A DNA stretch of 64,000 bases, taken from Octopus vulgaris (taxonomy: Eukaryota). The notes under the pieces were generated by a model that searched no databases, had not been told where the DNA came from, and saw only the letters and a list, made by a program, of their open reading frames with translations. A program made the translations under genes and the position numbers. This document shows positions 26,513 to 40,269 of this stretch, piece by piece. The DNA is taken from NCBI GenBank assembly GCA_951406725.2, contig OX597814.1:116932001-116996000 (forward strand), written 5' to 3'. The stretch's first letter is position 1, and each line of letters starts with the position of its first letter.

Positions 26513-27100
26513 TAATAGAGCCTGATATTCATAGCTTTTTCTGTTATTGAACTGGTAATGTATCTCGAAGTGTTAACACGTGACGCTACTAAAAGAAATG
26601 TACCAATCACGACCTAATTGGGATTCTTTAATTTTGGTTCGCTCGCAGTCGCACATATATTAAATGATACAGTAATTATCAATAACTGTCCAGAGTAATT
26701 CAATTATTAGTGTAGACTTGCCAGGTCGGCTTCCAACTAATTAATTTATTTACAGGCTTTATGGCTTATAAGTCAATTATACTGGAGCAAAATACCAAAT
26801 CTCTACTACAGACCGGTTTGTTCTGGATAACGATTGATATATAAACAACGTGATTTGGAGAAAATATTACAGTCTAAGAGAAAGAATCCCAGTAAGCTGT
26901 CATAATGAAAACACGTAATATCTAGGTGTAATAATGCACACGTTTGAAAGATAAATTACTTGTGAAAAATACATACATATATACACAGGTTATTTATTTC
27001 TTGAATTTAATTGTTTATCGAAACGGTTGTACATAGGGTAAATGCATTTGAAAGTTGTGGTTTCTTTGGTTTGTTTGTTCCCAAGCAACACTTATTTTAG

Positions 27101-27162
27101 TGCTGGTGACAAGGCCGGATTGAATGGTACTGCCCAGGTGTCGAAACCATATATCCTTGGAG
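27101..27162 (+). other. Candidate 62-nt internal exon (AGDKAGLNGTAQVSKPYILG)
   Basis: ttattttag| ... gag|gtatgt splice consensus, one open frame, GC-richer than flanks; no homology recognised. Confidence 0.2.
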
Positions 27163-27682
27163 GTATGTTGCATTGTTGGTATTGGTGTGGAATATTATTA
27201 TAACACATCCTTTTGATACATACATAGATACATACACACACAAACAAACGCACGCACACACACACATATTTATGTATATATATATATTTATATATATATA
27301 TATATAGATATATATATATACCTTAGTAGCTTCTAAGCTGAAGTGAAGGAAGCATGTTTTTGTCTATCTCCTTAACTTCCTGGGGATTTTAGGTAAAATT
27401 ATACTAAGGTGTCCATCTGCTTTAATTTAACTAAATTCTATGTATTATGCAGCTGAGGATTGCTCTGCATTTAAATTGATGTAATGGTTGCATTGTTCAA
27501 TTAAATGGTGTAGCATGAAACGATCATAGTGCATTACTTCTGTATAGATTTGTTGCTTATTTTGATATATATATATGCATATACACTTTCAAATTTATGG
27601 ACAAAATAAAAAAAAATATCAGTGGCTAGCATATCGAAAATACCTTTACACGTGACGTTATATATACATACATGAATTTACA

Positions 27683-27851
<169 letters not shown>

Positions 27852-28430
27852 CGTTTGAAGTGGTGTACAGATATTGTATATATAAAAAAATTGAGGCAGC
27901 CCGAATTTTTATTAGTGTTTCGTTCGTTCAATTAAACTCTTCATAATATAATTCGCAGAAAATCTTTTAACACCTTATGTATAAATCGAAAAGAGGGTGT
28001 TGTTTTATTGTTTAAACGATCAGATAAAAAGAAAGAGGGAGTAGGGGAGAGGAGAGGAGAGATGGAGGAAAACAGAGACAAGAAATTACGTTTCTTGCGA
28101 TGGTTTTGGCCAAATGGCTTTCAAAATGCGAATTTTATTTTATGGAGTAAGTGCGAAAGTGAGAAAGAGATGAAGGTGGATAAGAAAGAGAAAGAGAAGA
28201 AAAAGGGAGAAGAGACAGAGAGAAAGAGAGAAAGTGGCTGCTTTTCAATTATATTGTATCGATGTGTTCAAACTGTTGGCATTTAATTAGAATGCAAGAT
28301 GTCATTCTTGATACCTCCTTTGTTTTCGAAGGCTTCTCTCTCTTTCTCTCTCACCTTCTTCATCTTTCTCTTATCACACACACACACGCACACAAACACA
28401 CACACACACATGCGCGCACACACATGCGCG

Positions 28431-28491
<61 letters not shown>

Positions 28492-28493
<2 letters not shown>

Positions 28494-28685
28494 CGTATGT
28501 GTTCCCCAGCTGGAGGAGACGCCAGTCCATCGCAGCGCTACTCATTTTTGCCACCTGAGTGAACTAGAGCAACGTGAAATGAAGTGTTTTGCTCAAGAAC
28601 ACAGCGCGTCGCCCAGTCCAAGAATCGAAACCACAATCTTACGATCATGGTGCTGAAACCCTAACCACTAAACCACACGCCTCCA
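28492..28685 (-). mobile_element. SINE family B, 3'-truncated
   Basis: High similarity to 8480-8670. Confidence 0.9.
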
Positions 28686-28749
28686 AACACACACACATAT
28701 ATATACATATATATTCGCTGCTTTCTCGAATAGGAGGAAAGCTATTGTA

Positions 28750-28985
28750 GAAGGAATCACTGAAATGTATCATTTGCTCATTTCATTGCATAATGCACAG
28801 CTGTGCTGGCAGACAGAAGATACCGGTGCCTTAGTATGGACTCTTTTGATATGCCTTTTCAAATCCTCCAACTGAAGGGCACATCTATCCACAAGTTGCA
28901 CATATTCTGTTTTGAACGATAGCCATATCACAATTTACAACGGCTTGATTCCTGTGAGTTCTCTGATGGCTGACCAGGCCTTCAC
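28750..28985 (-). mobile_element. RTE-type LINE 3' end with C-terminal C2H2-like motifs
   Basis: Minus strand GLVSHQRTH...ICATCG*MCPSVGG/(frameshift)LKRHIKRVH, like the zinc-knuckle tail of RTE ORFs. Confidence 0.55.
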
Positions 28986-30099
28986 TTATATATTAATGAT
29001 GTACACAAATTCATGACAGGTAATCATAATACTGAAATACCATAAAGTAAACACATGCAGACAAATATATTAATATTACAAATTTTAAAAATTAATAAAA
29101 ACATACAATGTATGAAAAAACAAAAGAAACAGTTAAACGATACATGCTGATTTTATTGGGTATTTCTCTTTCTTTAGAAACCTACAACGAAGCGGTCATT
29201 TCACCGACGCTAAACTACAAATTTCACAGGGAACAACCTTAAAGTTGACACCGCTCCACTAAACGCAGAAAATTTCTGTCTCGTTATTGATTATAAATAC
29301 ACAGATTTTCCGAGTTTGAATCCTCTGGAACTTTTTCCTCCATTTTTTTCTCCACAGCATCATACCTTCATAGCAATTGGACTGGAAAACTTTATTATTA
29401 TAGCCGATTTTCTGATTTGTCTGCGAATGAAAAACAACTTAGATCCCATTTTATGCCGAATTATGCACTTTCTACGCTTCATTCATCTCCAAGTTCTGAC
29501 CGTCTCGTGGTGTAGCAGAAACGTTAGAGTAGCATTTCCAGCACTACATTTTCTTAAGTCCTAATCTCAAATTTCCCCTTTTATTAAATTTCAAATTTTA
29601 CCTTGTTTACTAAACAAGTTCACTTTATTTTTTCAGGAAATCAGAATCAATAAAATATGTTATTGTCAAATACTGGGATTAGTTACACCCCACTCAAAGA
29701 ACGTACAAAGTTTTCACCTACTCACAATTTTTTGGACTCGAAGTTACGACTTTTCTTACATAGATATATATGGCTTTTGTTTTTTTTCTTTTACAAACTA
29801 CTTCTCATTTACAGTATTTTGCAACTGTCCTTTGCATTGATGTAGTGGGGGTAAATAGACTCTATTTACCAAAAGGATATTTATATCTTGTCAGTCTTTC
29901 ATACAAGTCCACAAATAAACAAATCTATATACTTAAATATATTAGCTCGTCACTTTTAAAACTACACCTTAATGATTCTCTTGAATTCATTAGAACAGGC
30001 AGAATATGAAGAATAACATAAGCTGAAGTTCAGCGATAATGATTTAATTAACCACACAAAGCCATTTTGTGATACGGCAGGACAGAGATGATTGAATCA

Positions 30100-30500
30100 C
30101 TTGTGCTTCTTGTCCTAATTTAGAGAAGATGACGGACACGAAAAGCAACACTTCCTTATTTTCTACAAGTTCATTCTTTCTAAGCCATCTCTTGCTCATC
30201 TCATGCTTCATTTTCTATCTTGCAAATTCCAAACCACACCCTCTTCCTCCATCCATCCATCTCGGTCTTGTGCCTCGCCTCTCTCTCCCAATCAACAGCT
30301 GAAATTCCTGTCTGTGTCAGAGCAAATCTGAAGTACCCCCACGTCACTGATGGTCATATTTCAATTGATTCCAAGAATGTTCCTTTGAAAATATTGATGA
30401 TAGCATTCCAAATGCCTTGAATGTCTACGATAAGAAACACACGTCTCACTTCCATATACCAAAGATGGCAGGTCACGTGTTATAAAGCCTAACATTTCTT
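30100..30500 (-). mobile_element. RTE LINE fragment, degraded
   Basis: PSLVYGSETCVSYRRHSRHLECYHQYFQRNILGIN, matching the RTE 'LLYGSETW...LERFH..LRRILGI' motif. Confidence 0.75.
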
Positions 30501-30691
30501 TGGAAAGATATACAATGACGTAACTAGAGACACATGTTAAGCCTACAAAAGGCACTACTAGCCTTGCTGACTCTATAAGAAATTTTATCATCAAGACCAG
30601 CAGTGCTCAAAGGACTTCCTCAATAAAATGAATATAGTTACAACGTACAACCTTTGACTATATATATATGTGTGTGTGTGTGTGTATATAT

Positions 30692-30855
30692 ATGACGGGC
30701 TTCTTTCACTTTCCGACTACCAAATTCACTCACAAGGCTTTGGTCGGCCGAAGTCTGAAGCAGAAGGCACTTGATCAAGTTGCCACGCACTGAGAGTAAA
30801 CCTGGAAGAATGTTATTGGGAAGCAAGAATCTTACCACACAGACACTCCTGCGCC
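30692..30855 (-). mobile_element. SINE family A head
   Basis: Reverse complement of the family A 5' half. Confidence 0.8.
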
Positions 30856-30915
30856 TATATATATATGTGAGTGTATGTATATATGTGTTTGTGTTTGTGT
30901 TTGTGTGTGTCTGTG

Positions 30916-30970
<55 letters not shown>

Positions 30971-31864
30971 ATGTATGTGTGTATGTGTGTTATATGCACA
31001 TATATTTATATTTGTTCACATATATGTAGTAGCGTGCGGTTTTATTTCTGAGTGTAGACGTAAACATACTCTTGCAAATCAGTCAATATCACAACTACTT
31101 ACCATTATAACATTTCGTAGTACCCTAAGAAAGAATATTCCTTACACAGCACTTGTATCCTTGAAATGATTTCAATTAATTTATATATCACTATTAAGCT
31201 AATTGTTTTGTTCTTCATTGCAAGAATAATTATATGGAATTAGAGTATAGGCCCTCGGGCAGGGGACATGTTATCAGCGATTCTACTATTTTTGCTGACT
31301 GTTAATATTTGAAGATTAATACAAGCCTAGGTTCCAACTTACCTGCTCCGATTTTAAGCTGCTTATCAGCTTTCTTATTACTAATGCTTACTGAAGCATT
31401 AATACTTACAGGAATAAGCTATGCTAATTCCATTCCTAGTGTAGGCTACCTATAATTTTTAAGCGCTGTAGGATTTGTCAGTCTAAAATTCCTTTGCTCT
31501 TATAGGTAGTACAGTGTTATTTACTAGGAATTTTGTTATTACTTCTAGAATGTGGTACTTATCTATGTAGCGCTCAATGTGGTAAAGAAGTGACATGTTA
31601 GATGATGGCATATAGTGATTTAATCATGTGGTATTTCGTATCATTAACGGTTAGGTCCAAAATAAAATCTTCTTAAACTGTGTTTGCGTATCCTTCTTCT
31701 GTAACAAATTTCTGTAACCACAATATATCACTGATATTGTCATATGTGGTACTGTGGAAAGATCTCTTTTTTCTTATTTTCTGAGATATCATCCGAGTCT
31801 GGAAGAATTATAATATTGAACATGATTTTAAATACCACATTGAATTATATATAACAAGACAGTG

Positions 31865-32028
31865 AGTCAGTTTCCATGCTGGTATGGGTTGGACGCTTAG
31901 ACTAGGCCTGGTAAAGTGAGGGTCTGCAGTCTGATTTGGTGTACTTTCTACGGCTGAAATATCTCTCCTAACACCAACTACTCAGAGATCAAAATAGGTG
32001 CTTTTACGTGCCAGTTGCGTGACACCAG
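31865..32028 (-). mobile_element. SINE family D 3' part, diverged
   Basis: tttccatgctggtatgggttggacg...ttctacggctg...ggtgcttttacgtgcca resembles a recalled octopus SINE tail; single copy in this window. Confidence 0.5.
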
Positions 32029-32541
32029 TCTTTGATCTTATATGGAGTGAATTTCGGTAGCAACTTTAAGTCATGCATTTCATCCGTATCTAGCTGTACT
32101 AGGTGTACATATATTCCAGAGGGGTAATTATTGTTGCTTTTGTTGTTTTTGTTTGTGGTGCCATTGTTTTGCGTTGTCCAGGCGCCGAAGTCCTGTGGTA
32201 ATTAACATCCCGACATAACAATCCCGTCGATGTTGCTTGTGTATCTGTGTTCATTCATACCATGTAGGGATCATTGTTGTTAATGTTTTATCCTCTTTAG
32301 TTTGTTGTTACAGGCATGCTTTACTCGGGGGTATACTTGTTGCATATGTATCATGAATCTGCTCATTCGTGTTATGTAGTGGTCTTTTTTAGTTCATACA
32401 GTGGGATCAGCCTTCGTTTCTGATACTGGTTGATTTTTGTGTATATTTTCTTTTTCATTCTCCGTAATTTATATTTTAGATTTCTTGCTCGATGTTCTGT
32501 ATATGTAAGTATGCATATATATATACATATATATATATATA

Positions 32542-32748
32542 TCATGTTGATTCGTTAGCTACTGCACGCATATTTTTTCTCTCCTTCTTTCTGTGTTTTT
32601 CTCTCTCTGTGTATCTTTCTGTTGAAGAGCGTAGGCTCGAAACGTTAAAGACTTGTTTTATTTATATTTCCTGAGCGCCATACTAATACAATTGTTCGTT
32701 TGTTTTCCACCTGCCTTCGTCTTTTGTTTATTTTCATAAAGCTTCCCG

Positions 32749-32750
<2 letters not shown>
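32542..32750 (+). mobile_element. Non-coding hammerhead cassette (pLTR-like mini-element) inserted in (TA)n
   Basis: About 200-bp block between TA tracts containing a minimal hammerhead; no ORF. Confidence 0.6.
32614..32651 (+). ncRNA. Minimal hammerhead motif with A6U core variant
   Basis: ucuuu-CUGUUGA-a-GAGC(guag)GCUC-GAAAC-GUU-aaaga; helices I and II fully paired. Confidence 0.68.
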
Positions 32751-32789
<39 letters not shown>

Positions 32790-32826
32790 AGTCTACAATA
32801 ATATATATATATATATACATGTCTAC

Positions 32827-32861
<35 letters not shown>

Positions 32862-32866
32862 TCTCG

Positions 32867-32959
<93 letters not shown>

Positions 32960-33009
32960 TCTCTCTCTCTCTATATATATATATGAATAAATATATATAT
33001 ATATATACA

Positions 33010-33053
<44 letters not shown>

Positions 33054-33065
33054 TATATATATACA

Positions 33066-33115
<50 letters not shown>

Positions 33116-33121
33116 TAAATA

Positions 33122-33180
<59 letters not shown>
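32750..33180. repeat. Compound (TA)n/(CT)n microsatellite array
   Basis: Repeated tacatctctctctctc(ta)n units. Confidence 0.95.
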
Positions 33181-33182
<2 letters not shown>

Positions 33183-33570
33183 CATTTAAAGACACGATGC
33201 ATTTCTTTAAGTGCTACGAATACTTTCTTCCGTTGACAAATTCTTCAAGCACAAACCGCATATCATAACTAGTTCGTTATGGTATGTGCCTTGTGTCAGA
33301 TTGTTTGTGCCTGAAGAATATGTTTGAAATATTTCTGAACATAGGAAGCTATCAGTAGTACTGAAAGGCATGTATTGTGTCCTTTAATTAAATTATACCA
33401 TTACAGGATGGAGTATTTTTTTGTTGAATTTTCTATCACGGAACAGTATAATAAATGTATGTGTGTGTTTGTGTGTGTGATTGTGTATGTTGGTGTGTGA
33501 GTGTGTGTGTGTGTACTATATATGTTCACCCAAACACACACGCAGACGCACGCACGCATATATTTATATG

Positions 33571-33625
<55 letters not shown>

Positions 33626-33637
33626 AGAGAGAGAGAG

Positions 33638-33892
33638 AGAGGCACGTGGATTAGTGGTTAGGGTATCAACACCATGATCGCAAGATTATGGTTTCGATTC
33701 CTGGACGGGGCGACGCGTGTTCTTGAGCAAAACACTTCACTTCACGTGGCTCCAGTCCACTCAGCTGGCAAAAATGAGTAGCTCTGCGGTGGACTGGCGT
33801 CCCGCCCAGCTGGGGAACACATACGCCATAGAAACCAGGAAACCGGGGCCATGAGCCTGGCTAGGCTTTAAAATGGCGCATTTATTTATTAT
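33638..33892 (+). mobile_element. SINE family B, full length
   Basis: Homologous to 8411-8670; (ATTT)n tail. Confidence 0.92.
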
Positions 33893-34425
33893 ATATATAT
33901 ATTACGTTTGGTGAGAACAGTTTCAACATATTTCTGCGAAATTGGACCTGATTTGCTGGTAAAGCTACCGTATATGACTAAACATGACTATGTGAAGCAC
34001 GTGAGACTGTAAATATTTATTTCTCTTTTTGGGACACGGCTTGCGTAATTCTAGTGCCGTTATTATTAATACTGAGGAAGACACACAACTAGGAGCATTT
34101 GAGGATAATTTGTGTAGCATTCATTTTGGATTTCTACTTTTCATTTTCAGATCCTGCTGCAGTCAGTGTTACTATTTATTCTGTTAGTGTCAATATAAGT
34201 TAACATTTTAGGGCTGTGGAGGAAAATTCCTAAATCTATTTGTCCCCAATGTATGAGTTTTGTGTCGAAATCCAACCAGGAACAGAATGCTTTTATCAAC
34301 AACGATCTCTTCCTGGCGGTAAAAATATCTTTATTAATTGTAACAAACAAGAGATACACCTCCCTTTTCGGACGCTGTGTCTAACTGGAGTAAATCTCTG
34401 TCACTTTATACTAAAAACTCTCAAG

Positions 34426-34931
<506 letters not shown>

Positions 34932-35047
34932 TATATATATATTTAAACATTTATAAACATTTATGAATTTAATCTTTAAAGGTATTTTTTAATATGCTGG
35001 CCATTGATAGAATTTTTTTCGAAAAATTTTATCCTAAATTATATATA

Positions 35048-35790
35048 TACTAGCATTAAAGACCCGTCGTTGCCAGGTCATAGTGCTAGGGAATGTATAT
35101 ATGTGTATATATATGTGTACATATTACATGTAAATCTATATATATATACATCTACACATAAAATACAAAATACAAAGTTATATCTTGATATCGCTAGTGA
35201 TAACAATACTCAAAATATATAACAGACTGGATTGTTAGCCCGTCTCTTGTAATAATCTTGTCCTCCCTCTTGTATAGGCTACAATCCAGCCTACCTCTAC
35301 TTCTGGGGGGGGGGGGGCATTTTAAACTTTTATCCGGGACGTCCTCCGCCCCAGATATAAAGGTAAAAATAAAATATTTCCACTTTGCAAGGTTCGAGTC
35401 GAGTACTCCCTTGCATGCTCCGTTGACTCGAATCTTGCTGCTATTGTGGCGAATTTACCGCCTCTGGTTAGATACTTGATATCTTTCATAGTCGCACCAA
35501 GACACTATTGAATGGTGCTTTCAGTGGCTCCATGTTTCGATCCACACTTAAAATGAAACAAAAAATGACAAGCAAAAAACCGCGCACTTTTTTTGTGTAG
35601 GTGAAATGTATGTTGACTACATGGAGCATATTGAAGAATTGGATAAGATTACTGAAAGACAAACTCCAATAAGGCAACATCGTGTAAAATCAAAAATTTT
35701 CATAATTACGAGTTAGAATATTAATACGAAAATAGTTAATAATCAACGACTAAATTTCGCAACTTACTGCCTATCGATTTTAGAGGAAGG
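35048..35790 (+). mobile_element. Possible non-autonomous Helitron/Helentron-like element
   Basis: Starts tactagc...gacccgtcgttgcc, has a G-run and an internal hairpin 35387-35438; right boundary uncertain. Confidence 0.25.
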
Positions 35791-37108
35791 CATTGTAAGC
35801 AATTCTCTAATGAGATTTAAACTCTGTGCCTCGTATTATTTTTAGGTAAACATATTATCTTTCACAGAATTATCCACTAATCAATTGACTATAAAATTTC
35901 TGTGCATAATAACCTTGTATTTTAAGAAATATTGGTGACGTGTAATCTCCACGATTTCCTAATTCTGTAATCTGATTTTTCCATTGAATAATCTGATGTT
36001 TCCATAAATGGCCAGGATGTATTGTGCTTCATTTAGTTCGGTGTTCTATAAGATACTGGAACGTAGTTTAGGCGCAATGATTCTGTATATGTTAATGAGA
36101 AAATAGAATTTTGCAACATTCATATATTTCCAGACAACGCAGCCTATCTATAAAGAGTTAACATTTTTATCTAGAAATTCTGAATATAGTGCCATAACTG
36201 GCATTGATAGCCTTTTGGCGCTGCAACGTATAATAATGCTAAAAACTCTTTATACTGACAGATTATTAAGATATTATTTGACGGGGAAGTTGTTTGCGTT
36301 TATTAAGTTATCTAAAAACTGGTGAACTGATCAAGGTATTCAATGATATCCGCCATGTTATAAATATGCATAATAATTTTTTGTTAGTTTCACAGCAGTG
36401 TTAAAAACGAACGGGAAAAAAATCCGGCTAACTGACATTTCTCTCGCGGTTGAAAGGAATAATTTGAAAAGAAAATACGATTATGAAATTTTTCTTTAGA
36501 ATGTGCTTTTTTTTTCAATCTCATCCTGCTGGTAACGTTGAATGAAATATAACTGTGCAATTTCTAGTCTTGTTTTATAGTTATTACAGGGTCGGTAATA
36601 TTGTCTAAACGCAAACAAAACGGGAAGATAAAAGTTGTTAGCTACAAAACACAAATTAACAATCAATTCAATAGGTTTCTTTTAAAAACTATTTCCAATG
36701 TTAGAAAATAATCTTTATAATTACAACTCAATGTTTACCTATAAGATTAACCCACCTCGAACACAGACATACCATCTTTAACACTCTCATTCTTTAAATG
36801 TATGTACGACTACATTATCTAATGGCGTCATGTACTTAAGACAATATGGTGTGATTTGTGTAATATATAACTAGTTATTTTTCAGGATCGAACGAACACA
36901 TTTGATGCTTAAATTATTAATTTATGCTCTTTAGATTGTGGTACTGATTCAGGAGACTTGACTAGAGGGCCCCAATCAACATATTGTATGTAATATGCCA
37001 CAAGAGTGGGATATTACAACCTATTTCAGTGGTCTTCTTTCGATGTATTTTGATAAAAAGGATGCATTTTTTAATTCTCTTAGTTGACATTTATTCATAT
37101 GTTAACAC

Positions 37109-37286
37109 TAATGCGTATGAGAGATGGGGGCCAATGGAGTACTTTAAAAGATTATTGTCAAGCCTGAATAATGCGATTTCTGTAAGAGTTTTGACAGTAA
37201 TGCGTATGAGAGATGGGGGCCAAAGGAGTATTTTAAAAAGTTATTGTCGAGCCTGAATAATACGATTTGTGTATGAGTGTTTACAA
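37109..37286. repeat. 89-bp tandem duplication (2 copies)
   Basis: taatgcgtatgagagatgggg...gcctgaataat starts at 37109 and 37198. Confidence 0.9.
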
Positions 37287-37854
37287 CCGGAACTGCTTTG
37301 ATTAATGACACAATGTTTATCAAACGTGCTCCAGTTATAGCCACTTCATCTTTACTCACACATTGCATGTTGATCTCAATTAACCAATGCGTCGTTCATT
37401 TTTCTGTGATTGTCTGGTTCCCTTTCATGCTGCTCTGGCATTCACTGGGACTGGAAATTCATTCATTGTGTTCTTTCGTAAGATGTATTTGAAAATGTAT
37501 CTACATCCGTAAGAAATTATTGAAGCAAAATATTCACACTCATCTTCTGTCACATCAAGAGAGATGGAAGAGATGAAAGAAAAATTGTCATCAAAGTATA
37601 TGTTTATGGACTTTAAATCTAAGCTTATTCTAATAAATGAATACGAAATTAAAATCAACAGAGTTTCTTAACTTTATTTATTAAGAAATACTTGAACTTC
37701 TCTCTGAAGTTTAACATGAGATTATGATAAATGAATTGGGTCACTGACATACTCTAGTTTGATTAACTACTTGACTTGGCATAGAAGTCACTATCATAAT
37801 AAACTTATTTCCTCTCATACATCACACAACAACTAGATATATTTAAAATTCAAT

Positions 37855-38090
37855 CAGCGAATTTGAAGCATTTGATACATTTGATTTTGCTTCTCTTCAA
37901 GACTAACACATCATACTTTCTCAGTCCGATATCCATTCCGATAACAGCACTGAAAGTATACGCCATATCAATGAGGGAGCTGACTTGGGCTTCATCTTTA
38001 CCACAAAGTTTGAGGTCATCCATGAATAACAAATGGTCGATTTTTGTTGGCAGCTTTTGAATACATGCCTAGCTTTTTCTTTCCTCAGTG
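37855..38090 (-). mobile_element. R4/Dong-type LINE RT fragment
   Basis: HLLFMDDLKLCGKDEAQVSSLID...FSAVIGMDIGLRK. Confidence 0.8.
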
Positions 38091-38093
38091 GTG

Positions 38094-38447
38094 TTATTAT
38101 TATTATTCTATGTTTGACTTTTGCTTTACATTTTAGAAGTTGGCCCCAAGTCTAACCCAAAGAACTCTAGAGACAACAAGTTTGAAGTTCATGTTGGTGT
38201 TATGCCTAGGGTGCCATATATTTGGTTTTGTACTTAGTGTTGTACTAGTGAATGTCTAAAACAACCATACGAAAATTATGTTTGTTTTATAACTTAAAGT
38301 ATTTTGCGTAGGATATGAGCAGTTCCCATGAGCACTATCTTTTGAATTTCTGCCATTTTGGGGTTTCCTGGTATCTGAGTTAGGTAGCAATCAGCCCCTT
38401 TTGCTATCATTCCCAGGGTACCTATAACAACAGGTATTGTTTTAGTG
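38094..38447 (-). mobile_element. R4/Dong-type LINE 3' end with (TAA)n tail
   Basis: TKTIPVVIGTLGMI...IQKIVLMGTAHILRKIL* (REL endonuclease C-terminus), then 3' UTR and TAA repeats. Confidence 0.82.
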
Positions 38448-38988
38448 TACATTGCAGTGTACATTGGTCGACTATTAAAATAAACACATTGGGTTGTTCG
38501 TTAACAAAGTGATATCCTAGAAAAAAGGGAAGAAAGACAGAGGAAAGAAGGAAAAAACAGTAAAATTGAAAAAAGGAAACAAAGAATATATGAACCTTCA
38601 TTTATTCCTAGGTATTCGTAGGTTTGTTCTTGCTCAATTTATTGGTAACTGTATCAACACCTAACGCGACTAAATTCGGAGTCTTAAATTTCCCTTACCA
38701 GAAAGTGGCTTTGGCACACTTATTAAGGCCACACTCTCTCCCCATGTCATCGCTGAATACGTAATAGGCCTTCACTGCCATCGGTGTCTTTCCTATAGAA
38801 TTTTAAGACATCCATATCAACTAGAGAGCGAATTTTCTTGTTATCAATGTTATACCCAGAGCCTATTGTGTTAAGTTCACTTGTAAGATATATTAGTGCT
38901 ATGCAAATAGATAGAGGTCAAAGTAAGTTACATTGGAAAATTCCACAATTGATGTTAATATAGTTAAAAACTGTTACTCCATTAGAAT

Positions 38989-39782
38989 TGACAGGCATGA
39001 TTGGTATGAAAGGTAATGCCTCGAAGACCAAAATCCTCACAGCAGGCTTCGCCCCACCAGACAAAACACCCATTGTTCTCAATGGTGATATTCTTGAAGA
39101 GGTTGAGAGTTTCAAATACATTGGCGCCATCATTACAGCCATAATTCAAGGTGAGGCTGGCATTAAAACACGAATCGACCTCGCTCGCCAAGCCTTCAAC
39201 CGACTCAATGTACGACTCTGGTCAAGATCTGAGATCCGACGCACCACCAAAGAACGGTTCTACGAAACACTAGTGCGAAGGATTCTTCTTTACGGCAGCA
39301 AGTCATCGGCGATGAGGGTGGAAGATATTAAGCAACTAGAATTCTTCGATCACCTCTGTCTACGCCGCATCCTTCGTGTCCGATGGCATCACTTTGTATC
39401 CAACAATTCTGTGCGACACCAGTGCAAAATCACCTCCCTCCGACAAGTCATCCTAACGAGACGTCTGCGCTGGCTGGGTCATGCCCTCCGTCGTCAATCA
39501 GGAGAATTCATCTACGAAGCAATTGCCCCAGCTCCACTTCAGGGTTGGCGAAAACGATGTGGTGGACAACGAAAAACCTGGCTGATGTCAGTCAAAGGTG
39601 ATCTGGAACCCAACCTAGGCCCCCATGTCTAAGGCGTTCGCCGCTGGAATATGGAGTGTTTGGAGATCATGCTGTCTTTAGCCTCAAATCGCCAGGCCTG
39701 GTAGGCTTTTGTGAGAGATGCAGCATTGAGGATGAATGAAACCATCTCAACCCACCCCGGGTGAAAGATGTCTCAAGACAAG
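38989..39782 (+). mobile_element. Young 5'-truncated RTE LINE with 13-bp TSD
   Basis: 214-aa ORF (EEVESFKYIG...ILLYGSKS...RLRWLGHALR...GGQRKTW); (CAAGA)n tail; TSD actccattagaat at 38976-38988 and 39783-39795. Confidence 0.93.
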
Positions 39783-40269
39783 ACTCCATTAGAATGACAT
39801 AATTGAAATTTCGTATTCCACAATGATAAATGTTTCAGAAAATCTGAAATTACTGGAAAATTTCTGAAGAAGTTCGGCAATTTCAAGATCCATGAATGTG
39901 GTCGGTACCCTTTTTGTTCAGTAGGAAAAATATCGTTCTGTTTCATACATGTTTTCTATACGCAGTTTGATGTGAAAATTATATAAGTAATTGATAAACA
40001 GGGTATGGGCCGATAGTAGTTGTTTTCGAACTTTAGTTTCCTTATTCTTTGGAAGAAGTTAAATAATACCACTTGCTAACCAGTTAGGTGTTTTGATAAG
40101 ATCTCACATAATTCCATTGAGCAGCTGAACTAATATTTGTGCGCGTATGGGAGCGATGCGTGACAGAAATTTGATACCCTATCTTTATCGTGAGCTCTCC
40201 ATTCATGAGGCTCTTTGAGTGTCATCCATAGATCGGCTATTGCGAATGTCTTCTTTTCTTGTACGGGTA

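Noticed and set aside
28750-28985. C2H2 zinc-finger host gene
   Set aside because: It has a stop and a frameshift, lacks TGEKP linkers, and matches the C-terminal motif of RTE LINEs (compare GIKSHLRTH near 54290).
31382-31401. Perfect 8-bp hairpin taatgctt-actg-aagcatta as a pre-miRNA
   Set aside because: The stem is too short and AT-rich, and is expected by chance.
32100-32470. Possible degraded R4/Dong LINE fragment
   Set aside because: Only a vague peptide resemblance with many stops; insufficient support.
37109-37286. CRISPR-like or functional repeat
   Set aside because: It is a simple two-copy 89-bp tandem duplication with no spacers, in a eukaryotic context.
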